A DNA stretch of 64,000 bases from Octopus vulgaris (Eukaryota), in NCBI GenBank assembly GCA_951406725.2, contig OX597824.1, positions 75,268,001 to 75,332,000 on the forward strand, given 5' to 3'. The translations under genes and the position numbers were made by a program. The notes below the pieces were generated by a model. It was not told the DNA's origin, made no database searches, and worked only from the letters and a program-made list of their open reading frames with translations. Numbering within the stretch: the stretch's first letter is position 1; each line of letters opens with the position of its first letter. Shown piece by piece: positions 31,699 to 45,420 of this stretch.

Positions 31699-33112
31699 AT
31701 TTCCAGTTATAGAATTTGAAAGTGCTAGGGTAAAATATGCACAGGATCGAGCGACATCATGCAACAGATATCCAACTAACACTTCCAAAATTTACAGAGC
31801 CGAATGTGAATATCCTATTCATACACATACATATTTGTTTTTATGTACAAACTCACACACACACTCACTCACTCAGATAGGCGTATGTGCTTGTCCATAA
31901 TAACAGTGTAAATCACAAAATGAGAACTGAATTCAGTTCTTTGGAAACAATATCTTTTCATTTATAAACAAGCAACGTAAGTTTTAGGTAGAAGTTTACT
32001 GATTCTAAATACTGGCGATGGAGGATGAAGCGCGTGTGTGTGTGTATCTGTGTCTGTGTGTGTGTGTGCGCGTGAGTCTCTGCTTTCGTCGTTTGCGGAT
32101 CAATACGTAAGCGTATCCAGTGTTGTTGGTGCAGCTAGGGACAATTAGTCTTATCGTAAGCACCGAAACTGCGACAGTTCTCTAGATTGGTCAGCTGATG
32201 ATTGAAAAGTACTGTGTTTCTTTTATCCCCTTTACTTTTTTGCTTTCCCATATTAGACATGCATAAATACATATGCGTGAGTATGTCTGTATGCATGTAT
32301 ATATGTATGCATGCATGTATGTATGTATGTATGTATGTATGTATGTATGTATGTATGTATGTATATATATATGTGTAGATAGATAGATAGATAGATATAG
32401 ATAGATAGATGTATATACATACATAGCTACAAAGACAGACAAAAGTAAAGAATAGAGTATCCGGTATCACATTTATTCCATGGTTTACACTTGTTTCAGC
32501 AACGTGTGGTTGACAAATCAAACACAATGTAAATATGAATACTAATATAGTTATTTCCATTATGTAACGTATATTACCAAATAACCTCCAAATCCATGTA
32601 ATCATAACCGAATGAAAAGGTATAATACAAAAGCCGTTGTTCTCTTCCGTGTATACATACATAATATTTTCTTTGTCGCCTACACACATCGTTGAAACAA
32701 TTGTAAAGCATGGAGTGAATGTAATACCGGTTATTTTTCTTTTTTCTCACTTATAATTTATACTCCGTGGCGGAAGTAAACGCTTTCTATTTGTTTAAAA
32801 ACCTGTGTTTCCACAGGAAAAAATTTTCCCTTCAAATATATTTCAAGTCTTCAGAAAAAAACAATTATGCTTGAGCATCTTGTAAAACGCGTTATAATTT
32901 TGCTTATACACAGGCATTATTAACAATACAATACGTGGAATAGATTTCCGTGTTTTATTTATTAATTTTCTTTGAAATACTTATGAAACATAGCGTGCTT
33001 TTTTAAAAAGCTTTCTGTTCGAAGCGCACCAATAACTTTGTACTTCAGTCACGAAAGTAGAAAGTTTTTGGAACGACATAATGTGTGTATATACACACAT
33101 AATGTGTCTATA

Positions 33113-33274
33113 TACGCAGGAGTGGCTGTGTGGTAACTAACTTGCTTAACAGCCACACGGTTCCGGGTTCAGTCCTACTGCGTGGCACCTTGGGCAAGTG
33201 TCTTCTACTATAGCCTCGGGCCGACCAAAGCCTTGTGAGTGGATTTGGTAGACGGAAACTGAAAGAAGCCCGTC

Positions 33275-33319
<45 letters not shown>

Positions 33320-33530
33320 TAATCCGAAAATGAAAACACAAAGAGAAAACACAACAACGCGAAGACGAAGAACAAGTATAGTATTATTGGACGCTCAGGA
33401 AAGGAAAGAAAGAAGGAGAATTTAACGTTTCGAGCGGAGCTTTCGTCAGAAACATAGGAAAAGGAAAGATCCAAGGAAGGGAAGACGGAGGAAAAAATCG
33501 CCAACGATACACACGCGCTGTGTGTGTTTG

Positions 33531-33565
<35 letters not shown>

Positions 33566-33810
33566 GTATGTGTGTGTGTGTGTGTATGTGTGTATGTGTG
33601 TATGTTTGTGTGTCTGTGTTTGTCCCCCAACATCGCTTGACAACCAATGCTGGTGTGTTTACGTCCCCGTCACTTAGCAGTTCGGCATGATAGACCGATA
33701 GAATTAAGTACTAGGCCTACAAAGAATAAGTCCTGGGGGTCGATTTGCTCCACTAAAGGCTGTGCTCCAGCATGGCCGCAGTCAAATGACTGAATCGAAT
33801 AAAAGAATAC
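33113..33810 (+). mobile_element. GTAAAAGA-tailed SINE split by an insertion in its internal microsatellite
   Basis: 5' half 33113-33280, 3' half ~33600-33810, insert 33315-33520. Confidence 0.8.
33385..33454 (-). ncRNA. Type I hammerhead in short Penelope-like element
   Basis: TGTTT CTGACGA AAGC-TCC-GCTC GAAACGTT..GAGCGTC|CAATA. Stem III ACGTT/AGCGT. Confidence 0.65.
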
Positions 33811-35298
33811 ACGCAGAAGCGCCCGTGCGTATTTGTGTAGCGCCCATAAAGATAGCGGGGTAATTTTAGGGTACGTGCGTAATTCTTTAATCATATCCTC
33901 CATTTTAATCTCGACGTCTTCATCTACAAGTAACGATCACTCGAATTTCTGACCAAGAACCATAAATATATGACTGTGTGTGTATGTGTATTCTGGTGTA
34001 CATGCATGCATGCATACATACATATATATACATACATACATACATACATACATACATACATACATACATACATACATACATACATACATACATACATACA
34101 CATATGCATACATACGTGCATACATACACCCACATCTAACTATTTCTCTCTCTCTCTCTCTCTCTCTGTATACACACACACACTCACATAAGACAAAGAA
34201 AGTGGAGAAGGTAATCAATCAACAAGCATCAGCCTAGAGACATTTATTTAGATCTATCTATTAATTAATTACGAGTGGCTGTGTGGTAAGTAACTTGTTT
34301 ACCAACCACATGGTTCCTGGTTCAGTCCCGGACAAGTGTCTTCTACTATAGCCTCGGGCCGATCAAAGCCTTGTGAGTGGATTTGGTAGACGGAAACTGA
34401 AAGAAGCCCGTCGTATATATGTATATGTATATATATGCATGTGTGTGTGTGTTTGTGTTTGTCCCCCTAGCATTGCTTGACAACCGATGCTGGTGTGTTT
34501 ATGTCCCCGTTACTTAGCGGTTCGGCAAAAGAGACCGATAGAATAAGTACTGGACTTACAAAGAATAAGTCCCGGGGTCGATTTGCTCGACTAAAGGCGG
34601 TGCTCCAGCATGGCCGCAGTCAAATGACTGAAACAAGTAAAAGAGTAAAAGAGTATATGTTTAAGTCAGTAAATAAAGCAACAAGTAAATAAAAAAAATA
34701 AATGAATGAATAAGAATGTATGAATAATAATAATATACTCTTACAGCTGTTTCTGCTTTTGGTGGGGGTCCAACTTGCCAAGGTTTACACATCATACCAA
34801 TATTATACAGAGATTGTGCAAAGGTTGAGCAAAAATTGGACAAGGGTTAGACAAGGAAAGAACCCCAAAGCTTCTTCAGAGAGTCCATAATGATAAGAAT
34901 CAACATGTGAGGAATTTTTTTATTTACTTGTTTATTTATCTACTTAATTATACACACACAGTCATGTTGAAGATAGTTTCCAGAAGGAGGAAACTATCTT
35001 CAACATGTCCTTGAGAATGTATATTTATGTTGTAATCTTTTGTGCCCAATATTTTAAGGAACTTGTTAAACTTTTTTTATGTCCTTAACATGTCCTTGTT
35101 ACCAAAGACTGTATATATGCAATGTAGCATTTTGTAACAACCAATAATTAACGCAACCAAACTTCTACATGTTACTTTTGACAATATTTTTTCCAAAGAG
35201 TGAAACCGGTAAAGTAAATAAACATCTTCTAAAATTGCATTTTCAAACCTTCTTTCGTATATAATTCCACACGTGCGGTACCTTACAACTCCCCTTTG

Positions 35299-35363
<65 letters not shown>

Positions 35364-35373
35364 AATAAATATA

Positions 35374-35421
<48 letters not shown>

Positions 35422-35546
35422 GCATATATATGTCTATATAAATACATATACATATGTATGTATGTATATATATATATATTTACATATATGTATACAAACA
35501 TATATATATATATATATATATATATTCTTTCTGTTCAACCCTTGAT

Positions 35547-35579
<33 letters not shown>

Positions 35580-36371
35580 CATGTATAGCCTAATTTCAAA
35601 ACGCAGTATGGTTCAGTAAACCGATATATTAACGCATTATTATATTAACGTTATACAAACATGTAAAAGTAATTGTCACAGCAGCTTCAAGGTTACATAG
35701 CAGCGGAAATGTCCTTGGTCTCTCTCTCTCTCTCCCTCTCTCTCTCTTGTTTTTCTTGTTCTTGTTCTGTTACAAACAACTCTTGTTCATTATTTGATTA
35801 TGAAACAATTTACGTAAGCATAAATTTTTTTAGTCTAAAAATATTTCTCAATTACAATATTCTTTGTAAATTCTTTGTTGTCCCATGAGTTTTGCTTGAC
35901 CTTCGTAATCTTCGGTCTGTAATTTCAAGCCAAGTGTTATGGCGGTTAGCTTTACTGATCTCTGCTGCAAATGACACCTCTTCTACATGGCTTAGCCGCC
36001 ATTTACATCCACTTAGTTGTTTTCAAGTATTATCTCCTCTCTCTTTCTCTCTCTACCTTTCCCTCTCTCTGGTGTTTGTTTGCATGCCATCCCCACACAG
36101 CATGTCGAAACACTTGTGTCCCGGATTCCGTTCGTCGAACGAATCCAGTGTAAAATTGGAGCCGTGATCCGGTGAGGTCTTACCCTCCATCTTGCACTAA
36201 TTTTTGTTCTTACACTACTACTCATTCACCAATCTCAAGGGAGAGAACCAGCAAAGAGAAAAGGCCAAAGCAAACTGAAACCTGACTTCGCTTTATGCAT
36301 ACGCACATATGCACGCATGCGCACATACAGAAAGACAGATAGATAGACAGCCAGTTACACAGACATACATG

Positions 36372-36414
<43 letters not shown>

Positions 36415-36459
36415 GTAGGTAGGTAGGTAGGTAGGTAGGTAGGTAGGTAGGTAGGTAAG

Positions 36460-36604
<145 letters not shown>

Positions 36605-36809
36605 GTTTTATGACCTGCATATTTATTTGTTATATTTTCCAGCATTTTCGAATGTATGTATGTACGTATGTATGTATACGTGCAGCTGCGTATGTTTTGT
36701 TATATATATGTCTTCTCATGCATATACTTGCATATATAGAATGTTCATATATACTTAAAGGATAAACTTTTGGAAAGTTTTACAGATTCTACCTGTATGT
36801 ATGTATGTA

Positions 36810-38050
36810 TGTTTTGCGCATGGCACGTTGCAGCTCAATTGAACAACATGTTATCTTGGCTCAAATGAGATGGAGTGGACGTGTTATTAGAATAAAAGAT
36901 GAGCGTTTGCCAAAGCGTCTTTTTCATGGTGAGCTCAACTCTGTTAAGCGACCACAACATGAGCCGAGGAGAAGGTATAAAGACTCTGTGAAGGAAAACC
37001 TGAAGAAAGTAGATATGAACAAAAGTGATTGGGAAAATGATGTTCTAGATCGGAACAAGTGGCGTGGTGCTGTTAGGACTGGTTGCAATGCCTGGGTGGA
37101 AAAGATGATTCAGCTATCTGAACTTAAAAGGGCCTGTCGCAAAGGAAGAATTGGAAATGGAATCAACAGTGAACATTGGATATGTACCGTAAATCCTCGA
37201 GTATAGTCCGCCCTTGAGTATGACACGCAGGGGATTTTTAGGGGGCTGTACTTCTGAAAAACCTAAACTTGGTGTATAATACGCACCTCTTCTCCAGCTT
37301 GGGTCAAGGAGGTCTATATAACGTCCTTGATTTGTAAAACTGTATATGGTAACGTCCTTTATTATTATTGTATATATATAACATAATGCAAACGTGTAGC
37401 TTTTTTGTGCATTTTGTTTGCAGAAAATAAAGAAATAACAGTAATAACGTTTAATAAATGTTGCTTGCTGCAAGTTATAGATTATTCTTTTATGACTTCA
37501 TTGCTTTCAGGCTTAGCTTAAGGTATTTTCGCGCCCGACATCACAAAATGCATCTGAATAAACATTGCCGGACAGCAAATAGAGACTCGGACATTGCTTA
37601 GAAAATAATTTTCATTTTTAACCCCGTATATAGTACGCACTAGGGATTTTGACCTATAAATTTTGGGGAAAACATGCGGATTATACTCGAGGATTTACGG
37701 TATTATATGTGACTGTTCTGTTGTCAAAAGCAGGATGCGTGAATCATATGAAGTCACATGGAAATCGAAATACCCAGATAAGTAATGATCTTGGACACTA
37801 ACAGCATCTTACGACTTGTGTCATATGTCTCAAAGCTTGCAAGACTATCTGGACTTAAAAGACATATGCTAGTTCACAAGAACATTCCTACAGAATCAGA
37901 TTCCAAAGGGCGAAGGTATTGATGAAACTGTCACTTTTGTTTTAAAACCTGCCAGTCAGCAGCTGGTCTTAAAAGTCATCTAAGGTCTCATCAACGGAGT
38001 GGTTGTACTGTGTGATGGGATGTGGTGTGCTATCATCAGTCAAGATGAAG
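36810..38050 (+). pseudogene. 3' part of RTE (BovB-like) LINE with three C-terminal C2H2 zinc fingers, interrupted by a MITE
   Basis: QMRWSGRVIRIKDERLPKRLFHGEL..RYKDSVKENLK, then WICIICD..HMKSH, CVIC..HMLVH and CHFCFKTCQSAAGLKSHLRSH. A (TATG)n tail follows. Confidence 0.8.
37187..37700. mobile_element. pogo/Tc1-type MITE
   Basis: 25-bp TIRs CCGTAAATCCTCGAGTATA(G/A)TCCGC with TA TSD. Confidence 0.92.
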
Positions 38051-38163
38051 CAATGTATGTATGTATGTATGTATGTATGTATGTATGTATGTATGTATGT
38101 ATGTATGTATGGTCTCTTCCGTTTTTGATTATTTAAATTCTTCTTTTGAAGGGACCGGTTTCT

Positions 38164-38584
38164 TATTTCTTTACTGCCCACAAGGGGCTAAACACAGAGA
38201 GGACAAACAAGGACAGACAAATGGATTAAGTCGATTACATCGACCCCAATGCGTAAGTGGTACTTATTTAATCGACCCCCGAAAGGATGAAAGGCAAAGT
38301 CAACCTCGGCGGAATTTGAACTCAGAACGTAGCGGCAGACGAAATACCTATTTCTTTACTACCCACAAGGGGCTAAACACAGAGAGGACAAGCAAGGACG
38401 GGCAAACGGATTAAGTCGATTATATTGACCCCAGTGCGTAACTGGTACTTATTTAATCGACCCCCCGAAAGGATGAAAGGCAAAGTCGACATCGGCGGAA
38501 TTTGAACTGAGAATGTAACTGCAGACGAAATACCGCTAAGCATTTCATCCGGCGTGCTAACGTTTCTGACAGCTCGCTGCCTTC
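38164..38584 (-). mobile_element. Internally duplicated (dimeric) SINE with TSD
   Basis: TSD AGGGACCGGTTTCT at 38150-38163 and 38585-38598. Confidence 0.88.
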
Positions 38585-38849
38585 AGGGACCGGTTTCTAA
38601 CAAGGATACAAATCTCCATGGTTGGAACATAGATAACAAAAACGATGTCACATTTTAAAGCTGAGAAAAGTCTTACAGACTGTATTTATGCGAGTTAGTT
38701 GGTTGATTTCTTTTTCTGAGAATCCGAGCTTATCCCAGGCAGACATATGTATATTGCAAATCTGATTTTTCACAAAACACGTAACTATGAAAGTCAGAGC
38801 AGTAATATAAAGTAATCTTGAAATACAATATAAAGCAATCAATCTATCA

Positions 38850-39292
<443 letters not shown>

Positions 39293-39850
39293 AATGCCCT
39301 GATGCAGTACCAGGCAGTGGCTCTCATGGCTTCTGATCTTAACTGATTGGAAGTGTTATCATGTACATTGTTTTGTCTCGGTATAAAAGATGGGCTACAG
39401 CAAATATTCTGCTCAATACAACAGATTTGCTTGTAAGTTGTTTGACCTTAACCAGTGAGGCATGTCCCTTAGTGGCTGATGATATGTGCATCTCTGATCA
39501 CGAGCAGAAGTAGTGGGGGAGCATCATAGCCATGTGTCGAGGGGGATTATTTGGGGTTTGAATAATTCACCTCTCGAAACATGGGTGCTTCGTTCTACAA
39601 CCTTAAACAACCCTTATTCAGGGACCTTTTGAGCGGGATGGGTCACTCGACCAGAAAAAAAGTCTAACTGGGCCCCCACCTACAAGGTCATGTGCTGTTT
39701 ATCTTGATATGAGATCACCATGTCACGCACATATGGTTTTGATGCATGTGCCTGGTGAACCCTTATCAGACGGGTAGTCATGATGGGTATACTGGGCTTC
39801 GTATATTTTACCCCAGTGTCACTTTGATGGCATGTACTGCTCTCTCACTC
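39293..39850 (+). mobile_element. ~560-bp non-coding element inserted in (AAT)n (longest copy)
   Basis: Flanked both sides by (AAT)n. Homologous to the 13025 and 41600 copies. Confidence 0.8.
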
Positions 39851-39904
<54 letters not shown>

Positions 39905-40419
39905 CATAATAATAATGATGATGATGATGATCATGATGATGATCATGATGATTTCTTTATTAACTACAAGGGTTTACATTAAGAAAAACTTTACGGACAA
40001 ACAAAAGAATATGCGTGCGTATGTGTGTGAGTGTGTTGTGAGAGTTTTGCGTGTAAACAAGACTAACAAAATTATCAAAAAAAATCAACGATGTGTAATC
40101 CTCAATAGGGAGGAGACGTTCAAGGGCTGCTTATGGAAAAACCCCATAAAAACCATGGGTAACCTGACATTGCGGGTAGGTGCCTTTTTTTCCTTTCCTT
40201 TTTTCTAGCTACAGGCGTATGCTCAGAGCAGGTATGCATAGGCTACTGCTGGTCTTCCACGAACGACCTTGTCCAGACTTGTGCTTCGGAGGGTAATATT
40301 CTAGGTGCAATCCCATGGCAATTCATGACCAAAAGGTGTCTTTACCCTTTAGACTTTATCTGTCAAGAATATTGCAGAATATACCTTTAATATTTCGATA
40401 ATGTGCTTGGAAACATAAA

Positions 40420-41388
40420 AAAAAGCTATGTTGTACGTGATGAAGAAAAAATATTATCGGCAGCTTGAAGTATCCAAAAAGTTACTGAAACAATAGGAGA
40501 ATTGAAGAAGAGAAGGAAAAGAAATAGAACTAGTAGTTGTAAAGAGATATGATTATGTGACCAACGCATGCATCTAACCGGGGATTTTGGAAGTATAGAA
40601 CGTTGATTGTGGCTGACGGAGGGAAGCCTGAAGTGAGAAACAGAATTATAGTTGTCCAGAAACAAGTCATTAGGACGAATTTGATAAAGTCAATGATTGA
40701 TAAATCTCAGCCAGAGAGCAAACGCAGAATATGTGGGAAAGGAGACGGAAGTATTAACTATGTCTTAAATGAACAAGGTAAGTTGGCACAAAAAGTGAGT
40801 AAACGAAGACTTGACTGTCGGAAAAAGAGCGTATTGGGATGTAAGACAAGTTTGTGGTTTCAAAGTAGGAGAAATGTTGTATGAACACGAGTCAGAAGCT
40901 GTGATAAAGAATAACCGTTGCAGCATCTTATGGTATTTCCTCACAAGGGCTGGCCTTACTATAGAAGCAAGAAGATCATATATGATTGTGGAGGAGCTCT
41001 ACCCACCCTCGATTGGAAAAGCAATCTCAGTGTAAGATAATAGATTTTGCAATACCAGTGAATACCAAAGAAGTTGAGAAAATTGAGAAATATCAGGACC
41101 TACTCACAGAAAGAGAGAGAGAGAGAGAGAGGAAAAGACAGAAAGAAAGAGAGAGATATGAAGAGATTGTGGAAGACTAACATGCCAATTATTCCTGAAG
41201 TAATTGGTGCACTTGGCAAAACACCCAAACTCCTACCTTAGAGGCTGAAGGCTTTTGGAATTAAGACTCGCATTATCGATCTGCAGAAAGGTGCCATCCT
41301 GTATTCTGCAAGAATGCTAAGACAGTTTCTTGAAATCTAAAGAGATTTGTTGTCACCAATCTTCAAGGGCATGCAATAGCCTTATCAA
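40420..41388 (+). pseudogene. R4/Dong-clade LINE 3' fragment (zinc knuckle + RLE endonuclease), degraded
   Basis: SKRRICGKGDGSINYVL..KLAQK, ILWYF..IEARRS, CKIIDFAIP..KIEKYQDL, VIGALG, LQKGAILYSARMLRQFL*. (AAT)n tail. Confidence 0.82.
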
Positions 41389-41411
41389 TAATAATAATAA
41401 TAATAATGATG

Positions 41412-41469
<58 letters not shown>

Positions 41470-41599
41470 CAACAACAACAACAACAACAGCAATAATAAT
41501 AATAATAACAACAGCAACAATAATAATAATTATTATTATTTATTATTATTAATATTGTTGTTGTTGTTGCTGTTATCATTATTATTATTATTATTATTA

Positions 41600-41877
41600 T
41601 TGAGTGAGAGAGCAGTGCATGCCATCAAAGTGACACTGGGGTAAAATATACGAAGCCCAATATACCCATCATGACTACCCGTCTGATAAGGGTACACCAG
41701 GCACATGCATCACAACCATATGTGCGCGACATGGTGATCTCATATCAAGATAAACAGCACATGACATTGCAGGTGGGGCCCAGTTAGAATTTTCTTCAGG
41801 TTGAGTAGCCCATCCCGCTCAAAAGGTCCCTGAATAAGGGTTGTTTAAGGATGTTGAAAGAACCACCCATGTTTCCT
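41600..41877 (-). mobile_element. Truncated copy of the (AAT)n-embedded element
   Basis: Near-identical to 13025-13300. Confidence 0.8.
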
Positions 41878-42264
41878 ATTATTATTATTATTATTATTAT
41901 TGTTATCATCATTATTATTATGGTGCAGCTTTGGCAGTGTAGTAAGAAGCTTGCTTCCCAACCGCATGATTCCGGATTCAGTCCCACTGCGTGGTACCTC
42001 GGGCATGTGTCCCCTACTATAGCCTCGGGCCGACCAAAGCCTTGTGAGTGGATTTGGTATACGGTGACTGAAAAAAGACGTTATATATATATATCGGCTT
42101 GACAACCGATATTGGTGCGTTTACGTCCCCGTAACCTAGCGGTTCGACAAAACAGACCGATAGAATAAATACTAGGCTTACAAAGAAAAAGTCCCGGCGT
42201 CGATTCCTTCGACTAAAGGCGGTGCTCCAGCACGGCCGCAAATGACTGAAACAAGTAAAATAAC

Positions 42265-42389
<125 letters not shown>

Positions 42390-42442
42390 TACTGATAATA
42401 ATAATGATAATAATAATAATAATACTGATAATAATAATAATG

Positions 42443-42503
<61 letters not shown>

Positions 42504-43041
42504 ATGCTATGCTAACCGACGAGAACGGTACACTAAGTCGTGATATTTCGGTTCTTTCTAATCATTTAGTATTGATGAATGTTCCACACAGCAATAACAA
42601 CATCAATAACAACAACAACAACAACAACAACAACGCCATCACACGTCGACAGTCTGCAGTTTCCAGCTGGTAAGTCATTGATGTAGCTTTTTGCACTGCT
42701 ACAGTCATTAGTATTACAGCTGTTGTTGTTGTTGTTGCTGCTGCTGTTCACGGTGATGCTGCAGGATATAGTGGTGATGATGATGATGATGATGACGACG
42801 ACGATGGCGTTGCTGTTAATGATGGATAGCAGTTAGTCATCTGTCTTGTTTTCGAGCTCTTTGATTTATTTCTAGTTTGTTTGGTCTATACACGTCTGTT
42901 CTTAGCCATGCGATTCATTGTCAATGAAGGAGAGCCCGTTTATTTGCATAATTTTTTTTATTTTACTTCATGCTGTTGAAGCTTCTTGAAGGTGTGTATG
43001 TGTGTCAGTTTGTCCTCTATCTATCTAACTACCTCTCTCTC

Positions 43042-43101
<60 letters not shown>

Positions 43102-43235
43102 TTATATCTATCTTTGTAGGTCTCTGAGCAGGTATTATATCTATCTAGCTAACTACCTCTCTCTCTATGTATATATATATATGTATATATATATATGTAT
43201 ATATATGTATACATATATATATCTATATATGTATA

Positions 43236-43282
<47 letters not shown>

Positions 43283-43321
43283 ATATATATATATATATGT
43301 ATATGTATATATGTATGTATG

Positions 43322-43377
<56 letters not shown>

Positions 43378-43530
43378 GCCGAAATTGCGAGGATGATTCG
43401 GTTCTTAACTGAGGATAGAAAGCTTCGAATGACCCGTCCTTGTTTTTATGTATCGTCTATTTATGTTTTGTTGTCCTTTTTTGTATCACCTAGTTGTCCG
43501 GATGTTTTGCGTTCTTGTCCCTTTTTGTAT

Positions 43531-43588
<58 letters not shown>

Positions 43589-43637
43589 TTGACATTTAGA
43601 AATTCAATATTTCTAATATATATATGTAAACACACAC

Positions 43638-45272
43638 ACATGGTGACCCCCAAAATGGAACTTTTGAAAAATCCAACAAAAAAAAGTTGATTGACAAATA
43701 TTAAACAAATAAGTCGGCAACTTTTGAAGTTTGCCGTGCAGCCATGTAGTACTACCCATTTGGCAGCACTGTGGTACAGTGAGCTTCATGCAGAAACAAC
43801 CTTGCAATTTAGTAATCATAGATCATTGGAACGGTCAACACCGTGCTTTCGCTATAAAAAATGCTTTACAAAAACTATAATTGTTTGGAGGATGCGCAGC
43901 GTGAGTTTCAATGTCATCTCAATTTAGGACGCCGTTGTCAAATTTCCTCGAAGCACGCGGTGAAAATGTGGATTAAAACCTTTGAAGAGACTGGATCGGT
44001 TCTGAAAAAGAAACCGACAGGACGACCAAGAACTCTTTGTACTCAAAAAAATATCGAGGCTCTACACGTTTTCGTCTTACAGAGTCCACGTTGTTCAGTT
44101 CGTAAGCAGGCAACTGCAGTAAGGTTGTCCTGCGTGAGTATTTGCCGAATTCTCCATTTTGAAATAAAATTTCATCCGTACGAGCTGCAGATCGTGCAAG
44201 AACTGAAGGATACTGATCACCAATTTAAATTAAAATTCTGTCCAAAAATTATGGAAAACATAAACGAAAACTACAAAAATCTAGAGAAGCTGTAGATGTC
44301 AGATGAAGCTCATTTTCATCTCACAGGTTATGTGAACAAACAGAACTATCGTTACTGGGCAGATAGCAGCCCTCAAGAATTTTATGAACGCCCTTTACAC
44401 AGCAGCAAGGTGACGGTATGGTGTGCATAAGGCAGCGAGCTGGCAGAATCGTTAGCACACCGGGCGAAATGCTTAGCCGTATTTCGTCTGCCGCTACGTT
44501 CTGAGTTCAAATTCCGCCGCGGTCGACTTTGCCTTTCATCCTTTCGGGGTCGATTAAATAAGTACCAGTTACGCACTGGGGTCGATATAATCGACTTAAT
44601 CCGTTTGTCTGTCCTTGTTTGTCCCTTCTGTGTTTAGCCCCTTGTGGGTAGTAAAGAATCAGGTATTTCGTCTGCCGCTACGTTCCGAGTTCAAATTCCA
44701 CCGAGGTCGACTTTGCCTTTCATCCTTTCGAGGATCGATTAAATAAGTACCAGTTACGCACTGGGGTCGATTTAATCGACTTAATCCGTTTGTCTGTCCT
44801 TGTTTGTCCTCTCTGTGTTTAGCCCCTTGTGGGTAGTAAAGAAATAGGTATGGCGTGCAGCTTCGTCACACGGAGTCATCAGACCTTATTTTTTCGAAAA
44901 TGGAGATCACAGTGACTGTCACTTTTGATCGATATGTTGAGATGCTGCAATCTTTTGTTTCAACTGCATTGAATTATTTTCCGCAACTTCACGATGATGC
45001 GACATCGCACACTACAAAGTAATCAATGGCAGTTGTGCAAGAGTTGTTCGGTAACAGTGTCATCTCAAGATTCGGTAACATTCACTGGTCCCCCAAGATC
45101 ACCGGATTTGTACGTTTGTGACTTTTTCTTGTGCAGTTACCTTAAAAGTCGGATCTACACGGCTTGGTCAAAGACACTGGGTGAACTGAAAGAGAGAATT
45201 CAAGATGAAATTCGTGGTATACCAACTGAGATGGCAGATTGACAGAATGCATATGTAGAAGAGGACGCCATC
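43638..45272 (+). pseudogene. IS630/Tc1/mariner-superfamily transposon (DUF4817-type HTH + DDD), inactivated
   Basis: AQREF..FEETGSV..TGRPRT..FHPYELQIVQEL, *MSDEAHFHLTGYVNKQNYRYW..SKVTVWCA, PRSPDL..CDFFL. Carries stops, frameshifts and a SINE insertion. Confidence 0.88.
44428..44846 (+). mobile_element. Dimeric SINE inserted into the transposase
   Basis: TSD GGTATGG(T/C)GTGCA at 44415-44427 and 44847-44859. ~184-bp internal tandem duplication. Confidence 0.9.
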
Positions 45273-45420
45273 TACAGCAGTGGTTCTCAACGTTGGGCCT
45301 GGGAAAATTTTGAGTGGGCCTGAGAAAGTTTTGAGAGTGCATGAGAAAATTTTGAGAGGGCCATGGAAATTTTCTAGATTCGAAACAAGATGTTATTAGT
45401 ATTCAATATGTAGTCTTGAC

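Noticed and set aside
36070-36125. GTGTTT..GCATGC/GCATGT CGAAACAC as another permuted hammerhead
   Set aside because: No CUGANGA strand found at the expected distance.
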